A stretch of 64,000 bases of DNA from Massalongia carnosa (taxonomy: Eukaryota), in NCBI GenBank assembly GCA_965645245.1, contig OZ287068.1, positions 1,736,001-1,800,000 of the forward strand, written 5' to 3'. Shown one piece after another: positions 14,496 through 25,981 of this stretch; within the stretch, counting starts at the first letter, position 1; each line of letters begins with the position of its first letter. The notes beneath the pieces were generated by a model. It worked only from the letters and a program-made list of their open reading frames with translations. It was not told the DNA's origin and made no database searches. A program made the position numbers and the translations under genes.

Positions 14496-15796
14496 ATGTT
14501 TGGTAAAATCTCCGTTGTCTTCGTCGTGGCGTTGGCCGTGACTGCTCAAGCGGGCCATGGAAAGCACCATCACGCCAAACGCCATTATGGCCCAGGATAT
14601 GGAGCGGTCTCCGCCAACACGACCGCTGTCGTGCCGCAGTCAACGCCATCAATCTCTCCTGTTCCGGTGTCCAGTGGTACTGCACCGGCGGGTACCAGCA
14701 TCAGCGGAAGCCTCCTTCCCTCCCTCTCGGTCCCCATCGGAACCAGCCCTGGTGCCAGCCAGCTTCCTTCCAGCTCTGTTCTCATCGGGACTGGTCCCAG
14801 CGCTAGTCAACTCCCCTCCAGCTCCATTCCCCTCGGGACTGGGTTCAGCGCTAGCCAACTCCCTTCCAGCTCTGTTCCCCTTGGCACCGGACCCAGCGCT
14901 AGTCAGTTCCCCTCGAGTTCTATTCCTCTCGGGACTGGACCCAGTGCTCCGTTTCCCTACAGTAGCGGATCCCTAAGTGCCAGCCAGAACCCATCTAGTC
15001 GTACAGCACCCAGCGGTGCTGGAGTAACCGGAGCACCAGGAAAAGTCTTGGTGGTGACGAGCGACAGTGTTTTGACCTACACGGTAGGCAGCGGATCATC
15101 CACGACTGTTGTAGTTACCACCATTCATCACACCAGGACTTCCACAGTGGTTGAGGTAAGTGTCGAAAAGATTTAAGCAATAGATAGAAATAGCCAACTG
15201 ATTCGATAAACAGACGATCTACGCATCTAAGTCCTTGCCGACTAACCTCGCACCTACCGCCGCTCCAAATTCCCCGGAAGGTCCAACTGGGACGAAGAAG
15301 TCTTACGTAACTTCGACCAATGTCATCACCGTCTATCCTGTGCCTGCAACTGAGGCTCCGGTGGTGGGTCAAACCCACATCAATGTTGTTGGCAGCGACT
15401 GCCCAGCGCAAGTTACTGTCACCGTTCCTGGGCCGCAAGTAACAGTCACGGTGGTAAGTCGATTTGTATGCCTCAAATGTTTGCAGCATTCGTTAACGCA
15501 ACACGTAGACTGCCACCCCCTTGCCCGAGTCTTCAGGACCAAAAGGAAGCGCTACCGAAGCCCCGTCTTCGAGAGTCGAAGCAAGCGCTGCCCATGGGCC
15601 AACTCCATCAGCGCTGCCTTCCCTCAGCAGCAGCGCTCTTTACAAGAACGGCACCAATACCGAAGCCAACACCCGCCGTACCAAGACCAATTATGCATCC
15701 ACCGGATTCTTGACGCGTACCTCGCTCAGTTTCACCGACAAGCCAACTGCCACCAGCATCGTCTCATCTGCTGCAATCACCGACGCCACCGACTAG
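14496..15796 (+). CDS. Secreted Ser/Thr/Pro-rich cell-surface (mucin-like) protein, 3 exons
   Basis: Signal peptide MFGKISVVFVVALAVTAQA, then HGKHHHAKR. Internal 16-aa repeats and CPAQVTVTVP. Introns at ~15156-15213 and ~15454-15509. Confidence 0.7.
14727..14966 (+). repeat. Coding tandem repeat, 48 nt x ~5 (S[VI]PLGTGPSASQLPSS)
   Basis: Five degenerate 16-aa units are visible in the translation; 48-nt period. Confidence 0.85.
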
Positions 15797-17171
15797 ACCC
15801 GGTGATCTCTGGTCCAGTACAATTCTATCAAGCGGATTTGGAAGCGGCGCGCAGGACGTGCTGGATATGATGATCATCTGCAGTTGAGCAACACATGTTT
15901 GATCGCTTCAGGATAAGCGGGCATCTTATTCCTGGGCCATCAATCTTTGGCCTCGATTCATGTATTTTACTGTTTCCTGATCCTCCCCCATTTTGAAAGA
16001 CGCCATGCCAAGGGACAATGTACGTGATCATGGCTTCTTTCACGCTCGATATCTTGTGGTGGCTTGATGTTAGATATCCCCAACGTATGCGGAATACCGG
16101 TCATACATTCTCCCTTGCTTGACCTCTTATCCATCGAATCATGAAGTGTGCATGACGAGGAATGACAACACATCGGTCCAATGTCGAACTACGTAGTAGT
16201 CACAATATCAAAGTTTGGCGTATGTGGAGTTCTGACCCCCTCCATACCCCCCGCTCCACCCATTACTCCCGGTAGCAATAGCCTATGCGTGATGACCAAT
16301 CCCAGGCCCTGAGGCACGTTATATTCACATCACGGAAGGCACCCTGACGCCGAGTGAGCGCGTTCGGACAATCTGATGCCCCTGGAAGCATCACTAACGC
16401 TTGTCCATCATTTCCTTCTAGGGCTCATATAGACAGCCACATGGATTAGTGACTATTGTATTAATTACCACCTAGTTAAAGCTCCTGATCGTTACGTCAT
16501 GAGGCTGTGGTGGGTTAAGACTGAGAGTAAGATGCTTTGAACGGGTGGCGGTGTTCTTGACGTGTGGCTCGTAATTAACGATGTGGCTCGTACGGATGGA
16601 TAGGTAGCTATTCCCCCTATTTTAAGTACTTGAGGGGAGGCTAAAAGGCTTCAAGGCTTCGTTCAGGGTGCAATTCATGAAACGAACGGGTTGGGGGCTG
16701 CGAAGGTGAAGATGGGCTTTTCTTTTCGGCTATAGTTGGACAGTTGGGCAATGAATTGAGGTACAGGGAACTGAATGCATGAAAGCCTCGGTCCGGCTCC
16801 TCCATCCTCAGCCTCCACTTCTTGAATTGTGTCATGTTCTACATTTATCGCATCTTCATCTTACCATACTTATGACCAGCACTCCGTAGTTACGATTGAT
16901 TCACGCTTCATTCTTTTCTTTGCCAAATCCTATTGATTCCAGCGTACAGAGTACGCTATTATCTACATTCTACATCCATATTACGTTCACTATCGTCATA
17001 CTCGAAACTCCGCGCCTGCCGGAAACGGCTGACCATCCAGTCACTTCAACAACTAACCGCACGCTGTCAAAGGATCAGACCCACGTACTTCACACGCCGG
17101 TGGAATTCCTTTGTTCTCGTATTTTCCAAAGTCCATCGACTGTTCTCCTATTGTGAAGGAGTATTTTCAAG

Positions 17172-19994
17172 ATGCGTAAGCTAGATGAATCTTCAAATCA
17201 TGAGGAAAACGCTTCAAACAGCATCCGTCGGAGTATTTCAGAAGAGGTACAAGATCTGGTGATGTCCTCGGACGGGGAAGGACCTGGACCATACTTTCCG
17301 CCTCCACATATCGCGGCACGCTTCAACCGGCTGAGGAACAATCGCCACAAGTCCTCCGCCGCTTCATCTCGCCGGAACTCCTTGTCCTCGCATCATTCCA
17401 GCAGATCGACCCGTTCCGCCCACGGAGGACCTCAAAGCACTCATATTGCCCAGCATCTACGTCGAGCATCGATTCTCGAAACTCGAAAGGCGCGGTTGGC
17501 GGACAAGGCGGCTCACGCCGAGAAAGTGAGACTCCGAGCGGCACTGGCTAAGGCAGCGCCGCGGCTATCTACAAACAGCGAAGAGCGTGCGGCTGCTGCC
17601 AAACAGGCCAGGGAGAGGTTCCTGGCACAAGTGGCGGCTAATTGCGCCGAGGAAGTCAGGCGTGCGAAGCGGGTGGCAGAAGACACAAAAGAGAAGAAGG
17701 CTGCGGAGCACCTGAAGCTGAAGGGTGACATGGAGGAAAGACTGGCCGAGACCGAGAGAAGAAGAGCTCTATACCAGCAAAACCAAAGACGGTCACGGAC
17801 TCTAAGTCTCCCGCCTGTAGAAGAGAAGAAAGCTGTATTGCAGTGTTGGAGTCCAGGAAACGAAGATCAGGCGGCTAGGCTGATCCAAAAATTTTGGAGA
17901 AACCGGCGACGTAGGCAAATAGTACTTGATTTCATGCAACTGGGGCTAACGGTGGAGAACATTCGACAAACGAGTTTTGAGGATGCCGGGGCGTTGTTAA
18001 GCCAAGAAAATGTTCTCACCTGCACTTCCAAGTTGTTAAAGCTTTTCGGTCTTCAAGACAGCAAGGGGATTGCTGTTGGCGATAATACAGCCGCCCGAAC
18101 ATTCCTGAGCACCTTTCTGCTTCTGGGTCATCCTGCCCATGTTCTAAGCCAGGAAGGCGAACGAGAGAAAGATCTCATTGTGAAAGCGGAGGCTCTCCTT
18201 TTATCTTTTGGAGAAGTCGTATCCACGTCTCCTGGTATCCATGACACCTTGCCTCTTTCTTCACAATCTGTCGCTCTTGCGGAGTCCTATTCGTCTTTTC
18301 AAGCCGCATTTAGCGCATGGAAAGACCACGACTCTTCGGTTCTTGTGCAGGCCATGGTCGCGCAATTCGTCGAGTTAGATGCCATATGGCAGACCGTCAA
18401 AAATGACACAAATGGCGACGTGGCCGCGGACTATCGGGAAGGAATTCGCAGGAATCAGACTCAGCTTCTAGTTCGGCTCAAACGACTCGCTGGTCCAGAG
18501 GATGCCTTGAAGATGATCAAACTTGGTGTTAGACGCAACAGGAAGTCAAAGCTAAAGCAAAGCTCCGTGAGCGAGGTCAAGTCCAGAGCTACATCAAATG
18601 TAGCAAGTTCTTCTTCAACTTCGGCATCTCGTTCAAGAGCAACTCGGGCCAATGTTGACCCAGATGAGCCTTCAATCGCAGATCTTGCAAGGGAGTTGCG
18701 AAATGCCACGAGTTTGATGCCAGATAACCGGACCGTGGTCCATGAACTCGCCATTAACAAAGAATACAGAATCGACATGAAAACAAGAATGGAAATGCGA
18801 GATGATATAGTCCAAGTGGCAGTTTGGAGCATGCGACGCCAACTTGCCTCTGGAACCGGTGATGGCTGGATTGTTGCAATGGCCGGAACCGTTCGCGAGA
18901 AGCTGCTCGGCTTGGTCACTCCTGGAAAGCCGCTTTATCATTTGATTTCAGAGAGTCTCGACCCGAACCTTGTTGCTAGCCAAGTCAAGTTCGGATCGTT
19001 TTCCTATCAACAATTCTTCTCCTTCATGGACACCGTCTTGCCAAAGCTTTGCGCCCCTGTTCGTGACGCAGAAGTGAAAGCTCTGACCGACGCTCACAGT
19101 GAAGATCCAATTGAACGTTTAGCAAATTTGAATTTTGTTATTGATCAGCTATCTCTTGATAACGCTAACTTTACGCTACAAAGCCATGCTCCTTTGCTCA
19201 TCAAAGAGGCTGCTATCTATGAACACAACTATTTCGCAAAGATTGCAGGCAGGCGTCCGCTTTCGAGAACGTTGCGCTGGTGGGTTCGCGCAAGGGGTAA
19301 ACTAGAAGAAGAAGCTTCGAGACGAGCTGTCGATGGCGTTCCTCTCTCTGCAAACGGTGTCACTTCGGACAAAACCTATATGCGAGGACTTATAGACTTG
19401 GCATTGGCTGTGTCGCCACTCCAGGTCGGTGATCTCCCAGAAACTTTGGAACTGGATCGAGAACGAATCACTCGGATTCGAGCCAATGTTCTCCGAATGG
19501 TCACTATTGAGAGCATTTTGGTTACGGCGAAAAACCTCTTGAAGCGCGACGTCCGGTCACAGTGGAAAGCCGAAGCGCAACGAATGTGGGAGTTGCCATA
19601 CGACACCCCGCAAGCTTTTCTCTCCGTCATCGATTCTCGCCACGCCATGCCGCTTTCCACCAAAACCCAGCTTTCAGGCACGATCGAGCGTGTTCTCGTT
19701 GACGCAAGAGCCTCGCAAACCACCCACGCGGTCATGAAGGTGCTTCGTCGGAAGTTAAAGGTACATGTCTTCACCCGTCTCTCGGCCTCGAGCGCAGAGG
19801 AGCGCGCCCGAGCGATGACCACGGCGAGTGAGGTTTTGTCGTCGGTTGGGCTACCTGAATTCGTGGAACAGATTGGCACACTTGTGGGCGAGCTGGCAAG
19901 GGTTGGGGAAGTGGACCGCGCTGCGCATGGCAAGTGGTACGATGAGATCTCGGTGATCGCTGCGACGGAGCAGGATACCTCCAACGAACCCTGA
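17172..19994 (+). CDS. TCP11 (T-complex 11) domain protein with IQ-like motif
   Basis: 940-aa single ORF. IQ-like AARLIQKFWR; TCP11 motifs HELAIN, KLCAPVRD, LSLDNANF and LPETLELDRERI. Confidence 0.85.
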   Translation: MRKLDESSNHEENASNSIRRSISEEVQDLVMSSDGEGPGPYFPPPHIAARFNRLRNNRHKSSAASSRRNSLSSHHSSRSTRSAHGGPQSTHIAQHLRRASILETRKARLADKAAHAEKVRLRAALAKAAPRLSTNSEERAAAAKQARERFLAQVAANCAEEVRRAKRVAEDTKEKKAAEHLKLKGDMEERLAETERRRALYQQNQRRSRTLSLPPVEEKKAVLQCWSPGNEDQAARLIQKFWRNRRRRQIVLDFMQLGLTVENIRQTSFEDAGALLSQENVLTCTSKLLKLFGLQDSKGIAVGDNTAARTFLSTFLLLGHPAHVLSQEGEREKDLIVKAEALLLSFGEVVSTSPGIHDTLPLSSQSVALAESYSSFQAAFSAWKDHDSSVLVQAMVAQFVELDAIWQTVKNDTNGDVAADYREGIRRNQTQLLVRLKRLAGPEDALKMIKLGVRRNRKSKLKQSSVSEVKSRATSNVASSSSTSASRSRATRANVDPDEPSIADLARELRNATSLMPDNRTVVHELAINKEYRIDMKTRMEMRDDIVQVAVWSMRRQLASGTGDGWIVAMAGTVREKLLGLVTPGKPLYHLISESLDPNLVASQVKFGSFSYQQFFSFMDTVLPKLCAPVRDAEVKALTDAHSEDPIERLANLNFVIDQLSLDNANFTLQSHAPLLIKEAAIYEHNYFAKIAGRRPLSRTLRWWVRARGKLEEEASRRAVDGVPLSANGVTSDKTYMRGLIDLALAVSPLQVGDLPETLELDRERITRIRANVLRMVTIESILVTAKNLLKRDVRSQWKAEAQRMWELPYDTPQAFLSVIDSRHAMPLSTKTQLSGTIERVLVDARASQTTHAVMKVLRRKLKVHVFTRLSASSAEERARAMTTASEVLSSVGLPEFVEQIGTLVGELARVGEVDRAAHGKWYDEISVIAATEQDTSNEP

Positions 19995-20515
19995 TCTCGC
20001 CGGCACCTGCCTAGGTTTAATAATTTACGGGAGTCTTGATGGGTTTTGAGGCTTTGGGGACGGCGTGTGGCGGCTGAGATTCTCCTCTTGCAGTTTCAGG
20101 CTTCACCAGGGAAGGATGGGGTTTTGCTCTATTTTGATGATTACGTGGGAGCTCTTCTGATCATGTTTCTCTTTGTTTTCCAGTACATTGATCTGTTCCA
20201 AGCCTCCTTCTAGTTTACTGGAGGCTTTGGACGGAGGCAAGGGCTTCTGTATTTACAATCACACAAATCACACATATGACAGCAAAATTAATGAGGTTCA
20301 TACAAGTTTGTTATGTCTTTGGGCCAGTTGATATGATGAATTTCATGTTCCAACGATAGTTACATAACTACAATTGCGAGGAATTCTCCCCGTCCGTCCC
20401 TTGTTCTTTCGGAACGTGGGACCACAAACCAACGGGTAAGAAAAACGGGTGACCGACACCGCAATTCCGTATAACACCGCGCACTCATCCTATTCTTTCG
20501 CATGCCCGCACCACC

Positions 20516-22336
20516 ATGGCCGACCCCAAGCTCTTGTCCGCGACCCAGATCGCCGCCCACAACTCGCCGCGGGACTGTTGGATCGTCGTCGCCGGCCAAG
20601 TGTGGGATCTGTCGGAATTTGCGCCGGAGCATCCGGGTGGGGCTGGCGGTAAGTTCCTCCCTCATACGCCCTTGGCGGTCCCGGACAGACCACTCCGAAT
20701 CCGCCGGAAAACTGATGAGCCGGGGACAGTTATACTTAAGTACGCCGGTCGCGATGCCACGGAGGCATATTCCCAAGTCCATGGGTCCTTGCTTCTCTCG
20801 CAAACCCTTACCAGCTCCAAGCTGAGAGGCACGCTCGACCCCAACACTCCCTGGTCCGAACCACCGCCTTCGTCGTCCGGGAACGCCCACCCACCGCGGC
20901 TCGACGGCAAGAAACCGCCACTCTTCAGCCTCCTCTCCTCGCACGATTTCGAGTCCGTGGCCGCGAAAACGCTCACGCCGAAGACCTGGGCGTTTTACTC
21001 GTCCGCGGCTACGGACCTGATCACGGCGCGCGCGAACAAGTCATTTTTCGACCGGATGTGGTTCCGGCCCCGGGTGCTGAGGGATGTGCGGCGGGTGAAT
21101 ACGCGGTGTGAGGTGCTGGGGGTGGCGAGTGAGCTGCCGCTGTTCGTGAGCCCGGCCGCGATGGCGAGGATGGTGCATCCGAGTGGGGAGAGGGGGATTG
21201 CGGCGGCGTGTGCTGGCAAGGGGATCGTTCAATGCGTGAGTGGGACTGTTACGCTGCGCGTTCGCGTTACGCCTTGCAGCGGAGACGGGGGGGGCTTTGT
21301 CGGTATTTTTCCCGTGCAATCGACTGATTCTACGGTAATGACAGGTATCTACCAACGCCTCCTATTCTATTGAAGAAATTGTCTCCGCCGCCCCTGATCA
21401 TCCTTTCTTCTTCCAGCTGTACGTCAACAAGAACCGTTCCTTCACCGAATCGCTCCTTCGACGAGTCTACGCTCTTGGCATTCGCACCATCTTTCTGACC
21501 GTGGATGCCCCAACCCCAGGGAAACGCGAAGCAGACGAGAGGGTGAGAGCCGATGAGAGCTTCAGTTCGCCGATGAGCGGTACTTCGGCCATCAACGATA
21601 AGACTGGGGGTGGCCTTGCGAGACTGATGGGCTCGTTCATTGACGATCGGTTGAACTGGGGTGATCTGGGCTGGTTGAGGACGGTGTGGAGTGGGATGAT
21701 CGTGCTCAAGGGGGTGATGGGGGCTGCGGACGCGAAACGGGCGGCCGAGGAGGGGGTCGACGGCATAGTGATTAGGTGCGTTGATGCTGCATCTTACCCG
21801 CGAACTCCCTGGCGGCGTCGGCTGACGGGTTGCGAAGCAACCATGGGGGAAGAAACCTCGACACTTCGCCCCCGTCTATCCTCGTGTTGCTGGAGCTGCA
21901 ACGGTGCTGCCCGGAGATATTTGATCAACTCGAAGTCTTCATCGACGGTGGCATTCGCCGAGGAACCGACATTCTCAAAGCCTTGTGTCTGGGAGCGACG
22001 GCCGTGTCGATCGGGCGAACGTTCCTGTACGCGCTCAATTACGGTCAAGAAGGCGTGGAGCATTTCATTGACAGTACGTTATCTTCCACTCCAACCCCAT
22101 CCGGTTTGCATTTCTACGCACATCCCATGGCGCGTGGGAGATGGGTGCAGCGAAATCGAAGCTGACAGACGGGGCCAGTCATGCGGGACGAACTCGAGAC
22201 GGCGATGCAGCTGGTTGGCATCACAGACCTGTCACAGGTGCACCCTCGGCTCGTCAACACTTTGGATGTCGACCATCTGGTACCTTCGACGCCGGACCAC
22301 CCTTATGCGCGATGGGCGCCAAAACCCAAGCTGTGA
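20516..22336 (+). CDS. Flavocytochrome b2-like FMN alpha-hydroxy-acid dehydrogenase (cytochrome b5 + FMN domains), 5 exons, ends PKL
   Basis: Heme motif HNSPRDCWIVV...HPGG; RPRVLRDV, TVDAPTPGKREADER, SNHGGRNLD, DGGIRRGTD. C-terminus ..HPYARWAPKPKL*. Confidence 0.9.
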
Positions 22337-23218
22337 CCGGCCGTTGTCTTCCTTACCGGGCTTTCGGCACGCTGCAGCGTTCCAGGATGCGCTCGACTGG
22401 GGGGTGGCGATGCAATGGAGACATGCGCAGCGATTCTGCTGAGCGGATCATCGAGGCTTCCTCCCTACGGATTTGCGGGGTATCTAGCGGATCTATCTCC
22501 GCAGGTGGAGTGAGGCATACGGAGTACGAAGTACAGAGCACCGGGTATTCGTATCAAGCGTAGTGTCTGGGACAAACAAAACTCCATCGATAGCCGCCAG
22601 CAGCGTGGGGTAGAGATTACATCCGGTTACCTACGTAGAAGGGCAAAAGCGATAACGTTCACACCAAACCTTTTCCCTCCCCCCGTCTCCGCATCACATA
22701 AGCGTTGTAAAGAGACAGTTCCAACCGTCGTGGAGGGGTTCACTTTTACCGCATGCAGAACGAGAACTCGCAGCGGAACGGACGGAACGAACGAACGAAC
22801 GGAGGCGGAATGGGGGCGGAATGATTCCCTGTGTGGCGGGGTTTGGCAACGCTACGGCACAAGAAACTCCCGGTCTGATGCGGTTCAATACGCAACCGAC
22901 GGACGGAAAAACAATAAGACGCAATGACCGAATCAATCCCCATCAATTGCCATCATCAACATGGACCTCAGTGCACGCATCATGATTCATCTCAGGCCCT
23001 ATCCCACCGATGCAGAGCTAGCAAGGACAGGAAGCCTGCGCGGGGGAAGCATCGTTGCCAGTCGATCGGAATATAAATAAAGCTTCATCTTTTACCACCC
23101 TTCCCGCTTCATTCTCTTCTCTTCTCCCATTCAAGCTACCGTTGTTGTCGGAAGTTCACCAAGCACCAGACACTTCCCGCAGACCGACTCGTCCATCCCC
23201 ATCAGACCGTCGTCCGCC

Positions 23219-24792
23219 ATGTCGGATCCCAACAACCCCAACATCAAGGAGAGGAGCACTCCACAGTGGTCTCTGTACCAGCGCGAGAACTTCTGGAAAC
23301 CCAATACCGGCGAGGTTCCTCTGTTCAATACGGGTGGGAACCACTTGGTATGAGAGACGGCATCGACACCCGGGTTGACTTGTGGTGCTCAGACCCTGGC
23401 GCGTTGGAGGAACTGGCAAAGGAGAAACTCACTCAAGGAGGATGGTAAGGTTTTGGTGGCTATCAGCACTTTCCAGTTCTTGAGCGAGACTGACGTTCTC
23501 CTTTGCTCTCAGGTACTATGCCTCCTGTAACGCTGGCCTGTCGCATACCCATCTCGCAAACCGTACGTTCCAACGAGCCTGGTTGTTTTCTCGTGATGCT
23601 GACGAGCTACAGGCCAAGCTTTTTTCCGTCATCGAATCATCCCTCGACAGCTTGTGGATACCAACCTTCGAGACACCAGCACCACCATCTTTGGCCATAA
23701 GGGTACATGGTAGATCCTACGAATGCTAGTCTAGCTGACTGATCCTAGTCTCTGCTCCCTTTGGATTCGCTCCGATTGGCATCAATAAGATATACCACCC
23801 CCTTGGCGAACTTCCCGTCGCCACTGTCGCGAAGGAGCTCAACCTCCCCTACTGCCTGAGCACAGCCGGTAGCACGGCGATTGAAAAAGTTGCCGAAGCC
23901 AATGGCCAAGGGCCTCGTTTCTACCAGCTCTACATGCCACATGACGACGAGTTGACCGTCTCCCTCCTCACACGCGCGTTCAAAAGCGGCTTCGATGTCT
24001 GCATGCTCACCACTGACACGTGGCAGCTGGGCTGGCGTCATGCCGATATTTCCGCAGGCAACTATGCGTTTTACCGAGGCATCGGCGCGGAGATTGGACT
24101 CACCGATCCCGTGTTTCGGAAGCGTCTCGAAGCCCAAGGGATCGATCCGGCAAAAGACCCTCAACGTGCGGGGGCGGCATGGATTGATAGCGTCTGGCAC
24201 GGTCGAGCGTGGAGCTGGGAGAAAATGCCATGGCTCATCAAGACGTGGAAAGAAATCAGTGGCGGCCGACCTTTCCTGCTCAAGGGCATCCAAAGTGTCG
24301 AGGACGCCAAGAAAGCCGTGGAGGTCGGCTGCGATGGCATCGTGGTGAGCAACCACGCGGGGCGCCAGGTTGACGGGGCGATCGCCAGCCTGGACGCGTT
24401 GGAGAACATTGTCGCCGCCGTGGGCGACCAGATCTACATCACGTACGACAGCGGAATCCGCGGCGCGGCCGACGTCGTCAAGGCGCTGGCGCTGGGGGCC
24501 AAGTTCGTGTTCGTGGGGAGGTTGTGGGTGTGGGGATTGAGCATCATGGGAGAGGCGGGGGTGAGGCATGTGATGAAGGCGTTGCTGGCGGATTTCGACA
24601 TCCTGATGTGTGTGGGTGGGTTTCAGAACGTGGGGCAGATGGACCGGAGCGTTTTGGGTAAGTTTGTTTATATTATTATTATTTTTATTTTTCCCCCTTC
24701 GAATTTCTCTACGATCCAGGCTAACTCCTCCCCCCCGGCTAGAATCCTACCCCAAAGCCTACAGCCTGATGGCCGAAAAGTCCAAATTGTAG
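23219..24792 (+). CDS. FMN-dependent alpha-hydroxy-acid oxidase / lactate 2-monooxygenase-like protein, multi-exon, ends SKL
   Basis: RIIPRQLVD, FAPIG, TTDTWQLGWR, LKGIQ, VSNHAGRQVDG and DSGIRGAADVVKALALGA. Last exon ESYPKAYSLMAEKSKL*. Confidence 0.9.
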
Positions 24793-25981
24793 GATACGCC
24801 CCTCACACCATCCGGATCTTCCACGGGGGAAGTGTTCGGGGGAGGAAAGACGGACAGGCTGATGGTCTCTTTTTAACATGAATGATAAAGGACTAGAAAG
24901 AAAAGGGTTTTCTTCGTTTTTTAGGGGCGCTTTCTCGTTCGAGTGTTCGGATTGAATAGCTTTCTTCTTCTTGACCTAGTGGCTGAATAACTGATTACTA
25001 AGCAACTCTTTCAATTTAACTCATCTCATAGTCGAGATCTTTTTATTCTCCCTAATTCCTGTCCTTTCCTTTCCTTTTTTTCTTCTTCTTCTTCCCGTCC
25101 TTTTCCTTGCATATCTTATCTATACTACCCATTCGAGAAAGAAAAGGAAGAAAGGAGTAGGTAGGTAGGTAGGTACTAGCTGTCTGGCTACCTGACTGAC
25201 TGACCAACTACCTGCCCACCCACCTCCCTAAACACCGTACCTCTAACTACAGTACCCAAATCCGCCTTCTCGACCGATTAAACGATAAGGAAACCCCCAT
25301 CCCATAAACCCCATACCATACCACACATAATCTACATCTACATCTATATAACAGCATCCGAGCCCGCCCCCTCCCCTTGGCGATTCGGGGATTTTTATGG
25401 ATTTAGTTACGGGCTTTAGTGAGAGAAAGAGAGGGAGAGAAGGCGGTTGTTGGAATAGGTGCGTATGTATGGACTTTTGTCCAGGGTGCGTGCGTACGGA
25501 TCTCGAACCGGTTCGGTCTTGATTTTTTGGAGTTTTTGGTTTTTTTCCATCTCTCATGTCACACAACAACTCTCGATTCGGGTCCTGATCTTTTCGTCGT
25601 CATCGCTCCGCTCGCTTCCAGGGGGGGGAATGAAAATGATGAGAAAATGAAAAGAAAAGAAAAGAAAAGAAAAGAAAAGATGTGGTTAGGTATCTGTAAC
25701 TCACTTGTGCATTAAACTAATGGGTATGTATACATACACACATACATATATATACTTTACATATTGTACCGTGGATCAGTTTAATCATTTCCCTTTTTCC
25801 TCCTTCTCGGAAACAGTGTACATATACATCTAACGTACATACATATCTACCAAAAAAAGAGAAAAAAAACTAACCGGCTACCCGCTAAAAATCACCTCCG
25901 AGCACGCATTTTTCTATTTCCCCCGCCGACAGTTATCACCAAAAAACACACGCAGGAAAAAAAAAAAAAAAAGGAACCCAG

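Noticed and set aside
17323..24569. Long antisense ORFs (e.g. 19376-19984, 23745-24569; also 7217-7798)
   Set aside because: Shadow frames of real, GC-rich coding sequences; no recognisable motifs.
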